Counted from the first letter of the stretch, positions 38,871 through 52,628 are shown. The stretch: DNA of 64,000 bases from Sphyrna mokarran (GCA_024679065.1 JAGIQG010000003.1:112716001-112780000), one strand, 5' to 3'. The notes: a model not told the origin generated them from the sequence alone. Program-made: numbers and translations.

Positions 38871-39619
38871 GCACCCATCCTAATGTGAAACATTTAATTG
38901 TAAATTATTGTTATAAATTTCCCTGCTTGTACATCTCTTTAGCTTCAAAAACTTTATCAAAACCTATGTCTTATGTCATATACTTCAGTTACTTGTTCAA
39001 ACAGTAATCCTAACTTCATTTTTTGTGTTAGTTTCCAAACCCCCTTTATTTGTGTGAGGTATCTTTTGCAACACAAATGGTTCATAAATGCAAATAGCTG
39101 TTTCACTGCATTTGTATAATTCTGCCGTTCATAAGCTAGAAAGTGCAAGATCTTCATGCCAGCTCCATCTAAATTCTTGCTCCTGCTTCATTTCATTAGC
39201 ATTTATTTACATGTTCTGTAACCAAGTGGCACCTTTGTATTTTTGGCACTGGTCTTGCAGTGAATATTGCAAATACTTCATTTTCTATATTGGACTTCAC
39301 CCATTTTCCACATTCATTAGCCTGTTCCATTTACATTTCACTGCATTTGGTAATGACACTTAACATTTGTTTCTGTTCATCTGATGGATTATGGCTGTTT
39401 ATATTTGTTCAATTTACAGACAAACATCACATATCCTTAGAATTGTTAAAGGAAAAGATTAATGGAATTCACACTGCTTTGCATGTCTCATTCATCTTTA
39501 ACAAAGCTAAAGGTTTCTGATGAAGGGCCTGATCCCTCACATCTGAATAAAATCAAAGATTCAATTGTCACACAGGACCACTCTTTATAAATGTGGACAG
39601 AACTATTGAACTAAATTAT

Positions 39620-39967
39620 TGCATTGGTATGTTAAGCAAGAATTAAGCTTTAAATGACTTGCGAACGAAAGGAAATGCAACGTAAGTAAATCAATGTAGG
39701 CTAAGTGATTCAAGCCTGTGAATAAATAATTAATTTGTTAATGTGGAGGAATCTCCTTGGTAAAGTAGACATACGATCACAATCTGGCATATTATGCAGT
39801 ATTCATCCAGATGGGATATCTCCATAACATGTTTGTCCCTGCTACTCAGTCAATCTATCTGCACATTCTGATAATTTTCTGTCACTACCAAGTGTCTTTT
39901 CAAAGAGTGAACATCAATAAGTTGCTGACGAAGCTACCCTGAAAATTCCTGGCCTCAAAGACAGTAA
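39620..39967 (+). repeat. Local duplication, copy 2
   Basis: Shares gaaaggaaatgcaac.taagtaaatcaatg..ggctaa, ttggtaaagta, gatcacaa, caagtgtctt, taccctga and acagtaa with 36539-36894. Confidence 0.85.
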
Positions 39968-40270
39968 AAGTGAATCATGATATATCTTCTTTGACTCAGC
40001 ACAAGCTGGATGTTTAGTATGTGCAATGTTGATTTATTATTGGGTTGGAAGGCATTTGAGAGACACTACAAAGGTTACTGCACAATGGAAAGTACACTGA
40101 TCCTTATTCTTGGAGAAATAATTTCCTTTGAGAAACCTACCCTGATACTATATAGAGGTTGACTTGCATTTGAAGATGCACTTCCATGCTTTTTTTTTAT
40201 TCTTATGTAATATTCGTATCTGATTGAGGATAAAGCCAAAACTGGGTCAAAGTAAGATGGAATGATCAAT

Positions 40271-40372
40271 TCTGAAGAAGGGTCATTCTGACTTGAAATG
40301 TTGGCTCTATTCTCCTCTCACAGATGCTGTCAGACCTGCTAAAATTTTCCAACATTTTGTTTTTGTTTCAAA
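40271..40372 (+). mobile_element. Penelope-type short repeat with a hammerhead-like core
   Basis: ctgaaga-agggtca-ttc-tgactt-gaaa followed by gatgctgtcagacctgct...ttttcca. Confidence 0.6.
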
Positions 40373-41043
40373 GTACAATGACTTAGTTCATTTTCATATT
40401 TCAGTGAATCAGGGCAAATCTATGTTTTGCTCAGCAAGAGTCAACTAAGTTTGGGATTTTGAAAGTGTCAGTGGTTTTTCAGTTGCATAATCTCATGATT
40501 TTCTGTGTTCACTTCCTGAAATAAATAAGTAAAATGAAGATTTAATATACTTCTGATAATTTTCCCTCCTTTCCGGAGCTAAAATAATCACTTATACAAA
40601 AATAATAGAACTAAATGCCATGTATATTGGCTCTATGATAGTATTTCTGCCTCAGAATCTTCTATGCAAGAGCTGAGCTTCAGAAGACAGTGATCCAATC
40701 TCTGAGTGCTGGGTTGACATCCAGTGGAGGACTTTGAAGTGGAGCGTTGAGACCACACTTCACTGTATTTAAGTAGCTCCTCTAAGTCAGTTAAATGAAG
40801 TATTAAGTAGCCTTTATCATAGAAGCAATACAAAGCATCATCTGCTGAATATAAAAGCAATGGAAATGGTAAGCCTCATACGCTACCGTTATGGCAAAGA
40901 AGAATGTTGATGCACCATTCTTGTCCCTCTCAACTTTGTCTTTTTGTCTCTTAAAAGTGCTTTGAGATGCTAAGAAACAACTCAACAGGCACTGATAAAA
41001 TTCTAGTATTTGTCTGCATAATGTTTATTTATGCCCAGTGTTG

Positions 41044-41790
41044 TGTTAGAGTATGGATTAGAAACCCTAAGCTATATTACGAAGTTAAATTAGACCACAA
41101 CAATTTTCTATTTTGGCATTAATTGAGGACATGATGTTTCACTTCAGGTACAATTCTACTGACAAATTGGGAAGCTTTTATCAAAACAAATTTTATTTAA
41201 CAACACAGTTAAATTATAACAAATGAATTAGCTTAACATTTTACAACTGAACAATATTTAAATATAATAGGACATAAATCTTAACTGCTTACCTATCACT
41301 ACAAGTTCTAATTAAAGCAATATCTCTCTTACAGACTTAAAATCCCTCTTCAAAATCAGTTACGCAAACACAGGCCTACATGCCTGAACTTAGGGTGCCA
41401 GACCTAGTGTTCTCAAAGTACTTTGAGAAAGAGAGGAGAAGACATACGTTTTACTTCTTTCAGAACAAGGCAACAAACTACTTGTTTTTTTAAAAAATGA
41501 AAGAGGAACTAGGTATCTTCCCTGAAAACTTAGCTCCTCTCATTAGTACATGATTCAGTCCCTGTTATCAATCTAACCAAAACCCTACTCTGAAATCCCA
41601 GGGTAAAAACCAAGTTAACAAATGTATTAACTATATTTAGACAAAAACACTATTAGTGAAATGAGTTATTAACCTGCAATCTCAGCATGGAGCTCTATAT
41701 TCTTTCAGACAAATCAACTCCTTGTAACAAAATACTGTCTCCTACAAGAAACATAATATAACTATATTTCTTAAAGGCACAGTATCATCA
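41044..41790. mobile_element. Probable solo LTR
   Basis: tgttag... to ...aaggcacagtatcatca ends. A matching end fragment in the opposite orientation lies at ~61908 (tcatgatactgtgcc). Confidence 0.55.
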
Positions 41791-42629
41791 AAGATGACAA
41801 GTTATTCAACCAAGGACAAAATCATAGATGAACCTGATGTGCCTCTACCCAACTTCCCCATATAAACACTTTATAGCAGATCTTTCCTTGTGTCTCCTGG
41901 TTCTTGTCTCCCCAACAAGAGGAAACATCCTTCCAGAATCCACTTGCCCATGTAGCCTTGCCAGGAAGAGTGCTCTCTGGCAAGAATCACAGCTAGTCCC
42001 CAGCAACAGTCATGATGGCCACACTGGTAGAATCAGAGACCACTGAAACCCCCCAGGGAAGTTAGGGGCAGGAGGTTACCCTTTGGGCAATGCCAGCCTA
42101 TACCTTGGCAGTAACCACAGTGAATTGCCAAGGGGCATGAAGAGATTGGGGTGGATGGTCAGTAGTGTGAGGGACTGGCTGTTGTATACTCTGCATCAGG
42201 GGTTGATAGAGGGAGGGAGGGGGATGATTGGGGCTGGCCATGGGGGTCACCCTGATCACAGGGTTGATCAGTTGGGGCAGATGGGGTAGTTACAGCAGGC
42301 CATGATCTCCCACAGTAATTGGGGAGGGGTGCAGGTATTTGCTGCTAGAGACATGCATATGCGCATTTGCACTCTCTGCTGCTCTCAGCCTGAGGATTTT
42401 TTAACTCTAAGTGGAAAAATCACCCAGAAATAGGATTTGATTTTCACTCCTATCCTAAACTTCAAATTTTTTCAGAAAGGTCATCCCCAGAGTGTATGAT
42501 CAGCTTGGATTCCAAACAAAATTTTAGTTTGGAAAGTATAATTCGTGAAATTTAATTTCGCATCCTAAATGCATTTGTACTAAATATCTATCTATGCTTT
42601 TTATACAGACATTTGATATTCCCAAATAA

Positions 42630-45600
42630 ATAGAATCATAGAATGGTTTCAACACAGAAGGCCATTTGACACATGATGCCTCTGCTGACCCTCTGAAGTA
42701 ACATTTCACCAAGTGCCACTCCCCTATCATTTTCCATAGCCCTAAAATATTTTCTTTTTCACATAATGATCTATTCCTTGATAAAAGTTGTAATTGACCC
42801 TGCTTCCACCATACTCTCAGATACTATATTTCAGATCCCAACCACTCACTGCATGAAAAGACTTTTCTTCATGTCATCATTGCTTCCTTTGCCAATTACC
42901 TTAAATCTATATCTTCGCAGAGTTTTTCCTCTGCCCATATTGCTCATGATTTTGAAGACCTCTATCAGATCTCCTCTCAACCTTCTTTTCACCACATAGA
43001 ACAGTCATGATTTCTCCAATCTTTCTATGTAACAGAAGTTTTCTCTGCTCTTACAGCCCTTTTAGATTTGTACCTCTTACTTTGTATTGTCTCTCGTGTT
43101 CTTCCTAACAACATTAATACTTCACATTTCTCTGCATTAAATTCCATCTCAATCCACTCAACTAACCTAGATGTATTCTTTTGATGCTCTGCACTATCCA
43201 TCTAATACTTCCAAGTTTCATATCATCTGCAAATTTTGAAGTTGTGCTCTGTACGCCAAGGTCCAGGTCACTAATGTATAATAAGAAGAGCAGGGATCTT
43301 AACACTAATTGCTAGGGAACTCCACTATAAATCATTCTTCACTTCAAAAAAAAAGCAACTATTCACCACAACTCAGTCACTCAGCCAATTTCATATCCAT
43401 GTTGTTACTGTCCCTTTATTCCATGAGCTATAACTTTGCTCACAAGTCTGTTGTGTAGCAGTTTATCTGCCTTTTGGGAGTCCAAAACCTCATCAACGGC
43501 ATTACCCTCATCAACCCTCTGTTATCTTAACAAAAGAAAGTCAAAAAGTCAATTAAACATGATTTTTTTTCCTCAGCAAATCCATACTGGCTTTTCTTAA
43601 TTAAATTACACTTGCCAAAGTACTGTAACAATTATTTTTTTCCTAAATTGTCACTTCTGAAAGCTTTCTTACCATTACCAAGCCAACATTAACTATCCTG
43701 TAGTTACTGGGCCTATCCTAATACCCATTTTTAAACAGAGTATAATATTTGCATTCCTCCAATCCTCTGATATCACCCTGTATCTAAGGAAGATTGGGAA
43801 ATTAAGGTCCATGCCTCCACAATTCCCGTTCTCACTTCCTCCAATATCATTCGATGCACCTCATCCAATCCTGGTCCCTTATAAACTTTAGCCTATCCAA
43901 TATCTTTTGCTTAACAATTATAAAACCTTTTTCACCATCACCTGGATAGCAATTTCTTCCTTGATAAGAACAGGTGTAAAATATTAATTTAATACCTTAG
44001 CCATGGCCCTTAAGATTCCCTGTCTTGCTCAAAATCCTCTTCCAACCATTCTTACTATTTATTTGCCTGGAGAAGACTTTTGGATTCCTGTTTATGTTAG
44101 CTGGCAATCTCTTTTCATACTCTTTGGTTAATTTATTTGATTTTTCAATTCCTATCAGAATCTTTTATATTCGCATTGGTTTTCAATTGTATTATCCACC
44201 TGATTTCTGTTGTTCACACACTCTTTCTTCTTCATCTTAATCTCTCTTTGTCATCCAGAGAGCTCTCGATTTGTTTGCTCTTCATGGAAATATACCTTGA
44301 CTGTTGAATTAGCTCTTTTTTAAAACAGTACGTTGTTCAGTTACAATTTGGCCTGCTAATCTTTCATTCCACTTCATCTTAGCCAGATCCTTTCTTACCC
44401 ATTGAAGTTGGCATCCCTCCAGTTCACTATTCTTACGCTGGATTATTTCTTACCCTTTTTCATAGCTAATTTAAACCTTATGATACAATAATCACTGTCA
44501 ATGAAATGTTCCCCCACTTCATTTCCAAGAACCAGGTTCAGCAGTGCCTCCTCTCTTGTTAGTCTGGAAATATACTTCCTGAGAAAATTCCTCTGAACAC
44601 ACTCTAGGAACTCTGGCTCCTCTTTACCCTTTATATTATTATTATCCCCACCTATATTTGGATAATTAAAGTCATCCATTGTAACTGCTCTATTAATCTT
44701 GCATGTCTCTGTAATTCCTTTACAAACGTCTTCCTCTATATCTTTCCCATGACCTGATGGCTGATAGACTACACCGAGAAACGTGACTGCACTTTGTTCC
44801 TTAGCTCTGGTCAACTTGACCATTAAATGAAACCATTTCTCTCTAGCACTGCAATGCTGTCCCTAAACAACACCACCCTCCCTCCTCTTTTCCTTAACAT
44901 CTTGTATACAGGAATATTTAATACCCAATCCCGCCTTTCCTTGAGCTAAGTCCTCGTTATTGCCATATCATCATAATTCCACATGCTTATCTGCATCTGC
45001 AATTCAGCAAGTACATGCACCAAAATCCTGATGTTTTCCTTATTACTTTCTCTCCAGCAATTAACCCAACCAATACCTTACTATTTCATACTCAACTACA
45101 ATTTGTCTCTCCCAATACTCATTGCATCTTGCTGTCCCTCTCTAATATTACATCCTGCTTTCCCCACCCTGCTTAGTATTTCTCCAATAGCAGGAAGAAA
45201 TTGCTTTGCAAGGAAATTGGTCTGTTTAGTGCAACCCATCTATTCCGTACATGTCCATTTTCCTGCAGACTGCAGCCATGGGAATGACTGATTCCCTATT
45301 AAATCTCCTTTCACTGCTGCTCTTCTAGTTACCTTCCTGTGGCCCTGTATACAGCTGAGTTACCTGTGGTGTCATGGACTTGACTTTGGCTGCACTTCAC
45401 AGATGAACCATCACTTTCATCGGTATTTTAGAATTGAGAACTGGTTGGAAAATGAGATTTTCTGTACCTTTGCCTATTCCTTTTTGACTGCCTGGTGGTC
45501 ATCCATTCCCTCTCTCTATATATTCCTATGCTGTGGGGTGCCACATCTATGAATGTGCTATTCACAAAGTTCTCAACATCACAAATGTGGTGCCAGCTGC

Positions 45601-45680
45601 TGCTCAAGGTTGAAAACTGCAGCTCCTGCAACAATGCTTCCTTCAATTATGTTTATCCAAGACACAGGAAATGTCCCACA
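42630..45680 (-). mobile_element. Degraded near-full-length CR1 LINE
   Basis: Tail tagaatcatagaat at ~42630, RT remnants, and an endonuclease ORF at 44443-44823 (GVVYQP..MDDFNYPNI..TREEALLNLVL..SDY). Confidence 0.88.
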
Positions 45681-45828
45681 TTCACACATGGAATGTCATA
45701 TGCACCCCAGTGACATTAATGTGGCAAGTGTTTCTACATTAACTTGTTTTAATCAGACCCTTTACTCCATTTGCTCCAAGTACAAATCCTGTTATGGCCA
45801 CAAACTCTTGCAATATGGCGATAACAAG

Positions 45829-46041
45829 ATCACTTCTTGGCCTTTTGGTTAAGATCAAGCATCATGTCAGGTCAAGCCCAACATGGGGTGTAATTTCTTA
45901 TCTTATATGTCTCTCTTACGTGGATCATGAATTAGATTTTGAATTTGGTTTTTGGAGTGAGCAAGGAAAGGATTTGGGTTTGACCAGTCCACGCTGAAAA
46001 TGTGTAACTTCAAGGATCAATTAAAAAACAAAAAACAAAAT
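45829..46041 (+). mobile_element. U2 snRNA-headed SINE-like repeat, copy 1
   Basis: atcacttcttggccttttggttaagatcaag is the U2 5' end with CpG decay. Sm-like gtttttggag, then gtccacgc and an A-rich tail. Confidence 0.75.
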
Positions 46042-47499
46042 AAGATTTGCATTGGGGAGATCTCAAAATGAAATCACCCTCCACTGGTGGTGTCAGATGA
46101 TCCCTCCCGCTGGCATGATATCAGTGTTGTTCTCCAGCAGTCAAGATGATCACTTCAGGGGCATGGAGCTATTGTAGTGCCTGGGTGGTCAAGGACATGC
46201 CAGGGCATTATAATGGTGCCAGCCTGGCTTACCATTATGTTTGGGGAGGAGACAACGATAGTGGGGGGAGAAGTGGAGTGGGGTGAATCTGTTGCACTAG
46301 TGCCGGCAATAACAGTGGGGGAGGGGGTCACATTGGTACTGGCGATGATTAGTGGGGGGGGGAGAAGTTTCCCTTCTGTGGGGTCAAGGGTTGGGGATGG
46401 CAGGGCTGGGTCATTGGGACATCCCCACCCCACTTCTTACCAGATGTGTCAATCTCAGTGGAACCAGCCTTGCTGACTTTAGCCTGCCCCTCAGGAACAT
46501 TGGCGCTAAACATGCCAGTTTTGAGAAAGCCTGGCTCTTCCTCCAGGAAAAGCAGACTGGTTTTCCATTGGAACCTAACACTTTGCCCTTTTTCAATAAA
46601 TTAAGCCCTTTATTTTTGGTTTATTTTGTTTAAAACGTTCAATTATGTAAGGTTATTTCTTAATATACCACTCAAGAGGACTGACATTTCTATTTTTTGA
46701 AATGAATGACAAAAATGCCTGCTTTTTGACAAAACTGATGAAGCATTAACAAAATCACCAGAATTCACGCTTCAAATACTATGATTCTTACGGAAGCAAT
46801 TTCATTAACAGTAACAAAAGAATAGCAGTCAATCACAATGCACATGCAATTATGCTCCTTCAACACATCAGAAGCAGCTAATGAGCTATTCAGTTGGTAT
46901 ATATGTCAGAAAGTTCATTCATCCAGCTGTGGATTGTACAATGAAGAAGAAAATTACTAAATAGCCAGTCTGAAGATTCAAAAAGAAAACACCTCCCCTT
47001 TTTAGATTACCAAAATTTAAATTACACAGCTATGACCCTTCAGTCACTCTCACAACTCACTTGAGTTGCTACTTAAATTAGCCTGCCCAAGTATGCCACC
47101 ATGTCTTTATCAACAAAAATTCAGTTCCAAATCTTCTATTTTCATTGACCAATTAGATGTAAATTCTTCTTTTAACTGCTCCTTTGGGTCCCTACAGGAC
47201 ACATTAACAGTTCAAACAAGGATTTGAATTTTATCTTTCCCCCTGGGGGCAGGGGTGTTAGCTGAGGGTGTATAAAATTAGGTGCCATAGGAGTGTTGCC
47301 AGGCCTCCCTCCATGAATTTCTCAACCCTCCCTGACATGGTCCCAAAAGGTATTTTAGCCAAATGTGGGGAAGGTGTCATGCAACTCACTCCTCCATGGG
47401 TCAACTGAGGCCTTAGATGACCAGATAATGGCCACTTAAGGGCCTCCTCCTGCCACTGCTCTGATTCTATCCATGACAGGGAAAGTCAACATCACATAT

Positions 47500-48013
47500 C
47501 CAGGACAAACATTAAAAGCTGCCATGCTTTGTGGCTGTGCTGGGCATGGTGTTTCCTGGTTGGGCATCCCAGCTGTGGCCACACTTCCAAGACTGCAAGA
47601 AACTACAAAGGGCCATGAACAAAGCCAGTCCACCACACAAGTCAGCCTCCCACTCATTAATACTATCTACACTTTCACTGCCTTGGAAAAGCAGTCAGCA
47701 TAATTAAGAACCCTATGCACCCTGGACATATTCTTTTCCACCCTCTTACGTCAGGAAAAAGATAAAAAAGTCTGAAGCATATACCAACTGATTCAAGAAC
47801 AGCTTCTTCCCTGCTGCTATCAGACTTTTGAATGGACCTACCTTGTATTAAGTTGATCTTTCTCTACATCCAAGCTATGAATGTAACACTACATTTTGCA
47901 CTCTCTTGTTTCCTTCTGTATGAATGGTATGCTTTGTCTGTATAGTGTGCAAGAAACAATACTTTTCAATATATAGCAATGCATATGACAATAAGAAATC
48001 AAATCAAATCAAA
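47500..48013 (+). mobile_element. Rex1/Babar LINE 3' part
   Basis: Encodes ..LGKAVSIIKNPMHPGHILFHPLTSGKR..FKNSFFPAAIRLLN; tail (aaatc)n. Confidence 0.85.
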
Positions 48014-48739
48014 TAGTGCCGCTGGCTCTTTGATTGGCTGATAAATCTTAGAGGCAGGACATTCTCTCCAACAGCAGCAGAAAGATCACCTTGATCCAAT
48101 TAAAGGCCAGGCAGCTGTTAAATGTAAATGTGGGGACCTTTCCACTCACATCTAATTCAACCCATGATTCAAAGTCTCCACCACACTGTACAAGAATACT
48201 TGTAACCAACATAACTCTATAATCTATTGGCTTCTATTCTCCTACAACATCCAAATCAGTATAGCAAAGCCTCCAAAGAGGCTTCACAACTGAAGAACTG
48301 ATCTGACCATCAGCGCAACTTCATCAAATTAATTCAGTGTAAATCTCCATTTGCGGCTGTGATTCTTCCTCAGTGTAATAATTCAGGAAGCCTGACTGGA
48401 AAGGAATGGTATTTATTGTTGAACACCAAATAAAGCCTCTATGTGCCATACATAAATGCCAACCAGAAGAACAGTTCTGCAACCTCTTCCCGGTATCTGC
48501 CTCATAAAGGACTCGGGTGACATGTTCCACCTGGGCAAACCATTGCCTGTTACTAGGGGAACTCGTATTCAACAGGCCCCACAGAGAAACCAATTAGAGA
48601 TTCCCCATGGAATTCGGGAGGGGGGCAGTTATCACACACGGTCAGAAAATGCATCATTTGTTGTTTAAACAAAATGAATATATAATACACAACAAAAACA
48701 AAAATTTAGTAAATAGTAGTACCATGATTGCAAATATGA

Positions 48740-50440
48740 ACAAAAGACAACAATATCATCATATTTATGTCATATCTGTATGGAAGAAAAGACCCATAGG
48801 TGTTTCACAGGAACATTATTTTTAAAAATGATACCACAACACATAAAGGGATATTTCATGGGTTAGATGTTGATCAAACTGATTGATTTGAAAAATTAAA
48901 GGAGGAAAGCTAGTGGGGAGGCAGAAGGGTAGAGCGATCGTATTTTAGAGCTTAGGATCTGGGCAACTGAAGGCACAGCCACCAATGATGGTGCAATTAA
49001 AATTATTTCTGATGAAGAGTCATCCAGACGCAAAGGATGGAATGCTCCTCAAAGAATTATAAGTGTTGAATTCCAATGAAAATTGGTGTAATTCATGCTA
49101 TTTTCTCAGTGGGAGTTCAGTGAACTGCAGAGGCCATTAACATCAATATCATTAAATTTCAGGGGATGGAGCCTATCCCCACTGGAGAGGCTCAAATCAG
49201 TGCACTGAGCGGGCACTGCGCATGCACCAATCTGTCAATGCCAAGATCGGCGCATGCACAGTGGTCCCAAACTACTGGCCTCTCAATTGCTGACCAGCTC
49301 GACCGCTAGCCAACCGCCCGACCCTCACAATGTTGGTTCTCCAGCATCCCCCCCAACCCATGGCTCAATCGTTCACCCTCCCAGACCATTCCCGAGCTCA
49401 GCCCCAACCCTCCTGGCCCACCAAGATCTCCAGCCCCACCCCCACCCCCGGCCCCTCACCCCCACCCTCAGATAATGCACTGCTGAATCTTCCTAGCAGG
49501 CTGGCTTCTCCCCTATTGAACACTCCTCATCCCTCAGCCAGTCCTGATCACTGGCCTCCCTCCTTCCCCCATTGATCCTGACTACAGACTGGTAGCTGGA
49601 NNNNNNNNNNNNNNNNNNNNNNNNNNNNNNNNNNNNNNNNNNNNNNNNNNNNNNNNNNNNNNNNNNNNNNNNNNNNNNNNNNNNNNNNNNNNNNNNNNNN
49701 NNNNNNNNNNNNNNNNNNNNNNNNNNNNNNNNNNNNNNNNNNNNNNNNNNNNNNNNNNNNNNNNNNNNNNNNNNNNNNNNNNNNNNNNNNNNNNAGGCAC
49801 TGCCACTGCCATTGGTATTTTTGCCTGTTGGGTTGTATTAGGGGGGTCAGACTGCCACAGCAAGGGTGCCAATACCCAAGGGCACCACCCCCTTACCACC
49901 CTGCCTGGGAGGGCTCCGATTGTCCCCTCTCTTCACTTCAGTGGGGGTGGGCCACTAGGCTCCCCGAAAGTGGGGAGCTAGTGTAATTCCCACTGGAATG
50001 AAACATTTTGGAAGAGTGGGAGGCTTCAGTCAGAGGCTCGCTAATGATATTGAAATAATATTAAAATGACCATCTAAATTGTCTGTGCAGTCTCCCCACC
50101 GACTTCCAGCATGGCGCAGACACCACCGGAAATCCAGTACTAGGAGACACAAAAGGGGCGAGAGCGCTTGCGCATACTCTGCAAATTGTGAATAAAAAAA
50201 TTGGTACAGCGAGATGGGAGAATCGTGGCCAAAATGTTAGCTCCATCCACTCTCCACAATTGCTGTCAGACCTGCTGAGATTTTCCAGTATATTCTGTTT
50301 CGGAATTAGAATTGGGAATGCACTAGAGGCCAGAATAAAAGAAATTCAGATATTTGAGGGTTGTAGAACTGGAGTACATGACACAGATGTGGAGGAATTT
50401 GAAAACAAGCATGAGAATTTTAAACAAAACCAAAAGCTTC
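48740..50440. mobile_element. Nested L2 (minus) > Penelope-type repeat > TIR DNA transposon (~49035-50231)
   Basis: L2 halves at 48740-49000 and 50310-50440. Penelope halves at 49008-49034 and 50232-50305. The TIR element is homologous to 20372-21598. Confidence 0.65.
49601..49794. other. Assembly gap (194 N)
   Basis: Run of N inside a GC-rich repeat. Confidence 1.
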
Positions 50441-50570
50441 TAATTGTTTTGTTAGCTGTAATAGTTGGGCAATGAGACCCTGATTCTCTTGTGTATCTGC
50501 CTGCAATAGTTAGCCTGTGCTGGTTTAACTAAAATGCTTGTAACAGGGTGCATGATTGATACGCATTTCA

Positions 50571-50794
50571 ATTGCTTCTCAACCTTCTGGCTAAGTTCAA
50601 GCATCAGACAAAACCCAAATTGGGGTGTTTTGCCTCAGGCTTGTCAGCTTGGATCCTGTTTGTCTTCCTTGTGGGAACCTTGAACTGTATTCAATTGGAG
50701 TTTGAATTTAGTTTTTGGAGCAAATAAGGAATGGATTTGGGTTTCTCTGCGTATTGGCTTTGTAACTTTAAGAATGGGCCAATTTTTAAAAAAA
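50571..50794 (+). mobile_element. U2 snRNA-headed SINE-like repeat, copy 2
   Basis: attgcttctcaaccttctggctaagttcaagcatc...tggggtg...gtttttggagc...tgtaactttaagaat...aaaaaaa. Confidence 0.7.
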
Positions 50795-52628
50795 GTCCCC
50801 TTAGCAACACAGGTTGAATTTCTGTGAGTGTCTGAAAATCTCTTGTAGTATAAATTTTGAGGTCAGTTGTGACCTTAACAGCCATTGGCAATAAATGGCA
50901 GATGGTTGGCTATCCCTCAAGGTCTTTCTGGACCAGATGGCACATTTCTGTTATAACTTCTTGCTGAGCAACATCAGGCACTGATCCTTCAGCATACTCA
51001 CTCATTTAGTTGATCAATTAAGCTAGGCCCACTGCCTAAAATTCACGTGTCTCCAATTGTCTCTTCATTCCCGAATTCCCTGCTCATCTCCCACTTGACT
51101 TGCCTAAAAATTTTGCTTCTGTGTATCTTTGGTCAAAATTCAGCTATAATTCCTGCTTTCCTAATGTTCACAAATCATTGCAATCACAATCCACATTTAT
51201 ATCAACTCTGTAAAATATTTGCTATTCAATGTGCTGTTATTGCTGTAAAATTATGTCATATTCATTATCTTTAACAAATTCAATTGACCTTCTTTTCAAG
51301 TTTTTACAAGTACACGTGTTTGAGAAAGGAAAGGCTCAACAATTAACCTGGTGTCATTTTCTGCGAACATTTAGCCATTCTAGGTTTCTCTGTATAGCTT
51401 CACAAATAAATATTCACTTTCAAGATCTTTGGTGCCATGAGATATTCAGAGCCTTTCAGTGTTCTGAAAATTATTATACAACCTGATGTACCACAATTAG
51501 TGCTTAATATCCCAATTACTGCTTTTCTAATCTAGAAGAGCACGTGTTTGGGTTTTCCAACATCTCATCGCAACTTCAAAAGAATTTGCTTCCATTTTCT
51601 TCCTAAACAGAGATTCCAAATGTTCTTTGTTAAGAGCAGTAAAGTACACTACAGAGATAATTAACTAGAAATAATTATAGTGCAGTTGGAAAATTACAGC
51701 TTCACTCCAGCAGAAAAGAGCAGCATTTCATTTGTGTCTTCTTCCACTGCCATCATGATTGATCCATTTTCAACAAAATTGTTTGAAAGCGAAACAAAAT
51801 GCTGGATAGTGCCTTAATATCGTAAGCTGCATTTACAAAATGATTGAAAACTCGTATGTATAGGAAGCAGACTATTCACAATCCACATTATTACAGCCTA
51901 ATTTGATATTTTCAGAGGGGCGGATGAACAGCACAAGGGTACCAGCTTAGTACCAACTGATGCATTAACTGAAGAATTGAGTCAGTACCGCATTAGTCTA
52001 TAAATGGCCTCTGCAGACCTATGCAGTCAACATAGCTAAAATATTCTTTTTTTCTAACTGAACAATCTAAGATTATTTGTTGTCTATAGATGCAGTTTAT
52101 TAAGTGTTGTGCATCAAACTACAACCGCTCTGCCTTGAAATTATTTTTGACAGTAATACCAAATGAACACTTGTGTGACATTCTTTTGCCTGCCTTTTTA
52201 TAGAAGAGTCAGTACTGATTAAAAATAAACCAGTTTTTTTTTGTATTGAAATAATGAATAGAAAAAGTATTGTGAGAATACAATGTGTGTTCATCTGCTA
52301 GTACTGCCAAGACTGAATCATTTTCAGTTTGCTGTGCAGTATCTTAAATGAAAGTCTGTTATAAAAACAGAAAATGGCAGTCATTTTAATTACAGTATTG
52401 TTGCTATCTTTTGTGCTTATTACTTTAAAAAATATTGAGATGAAATTAATTAAGAAACTTAAACATCCATTCTAACCCAGCACAGGAAGGGGCATGTGGG
52501 AAGACCCCATGTTGTCACCAGTCTGAGGTCCAGATAAGGTTAAGATTGATGGTCTGCTCATCCAATGGCATTAATTTATTGACACACCACCCTCTTACAC
52601 AACATAATGTCTATTCAAAGATGAGTAC

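Noticed and set aside
45829-45995. Functional U2 snRNA gene
   Set aside because: CpG decay, replaced branch-point recognition region and an A-rich tail; treated as a retroposed repeat instead.
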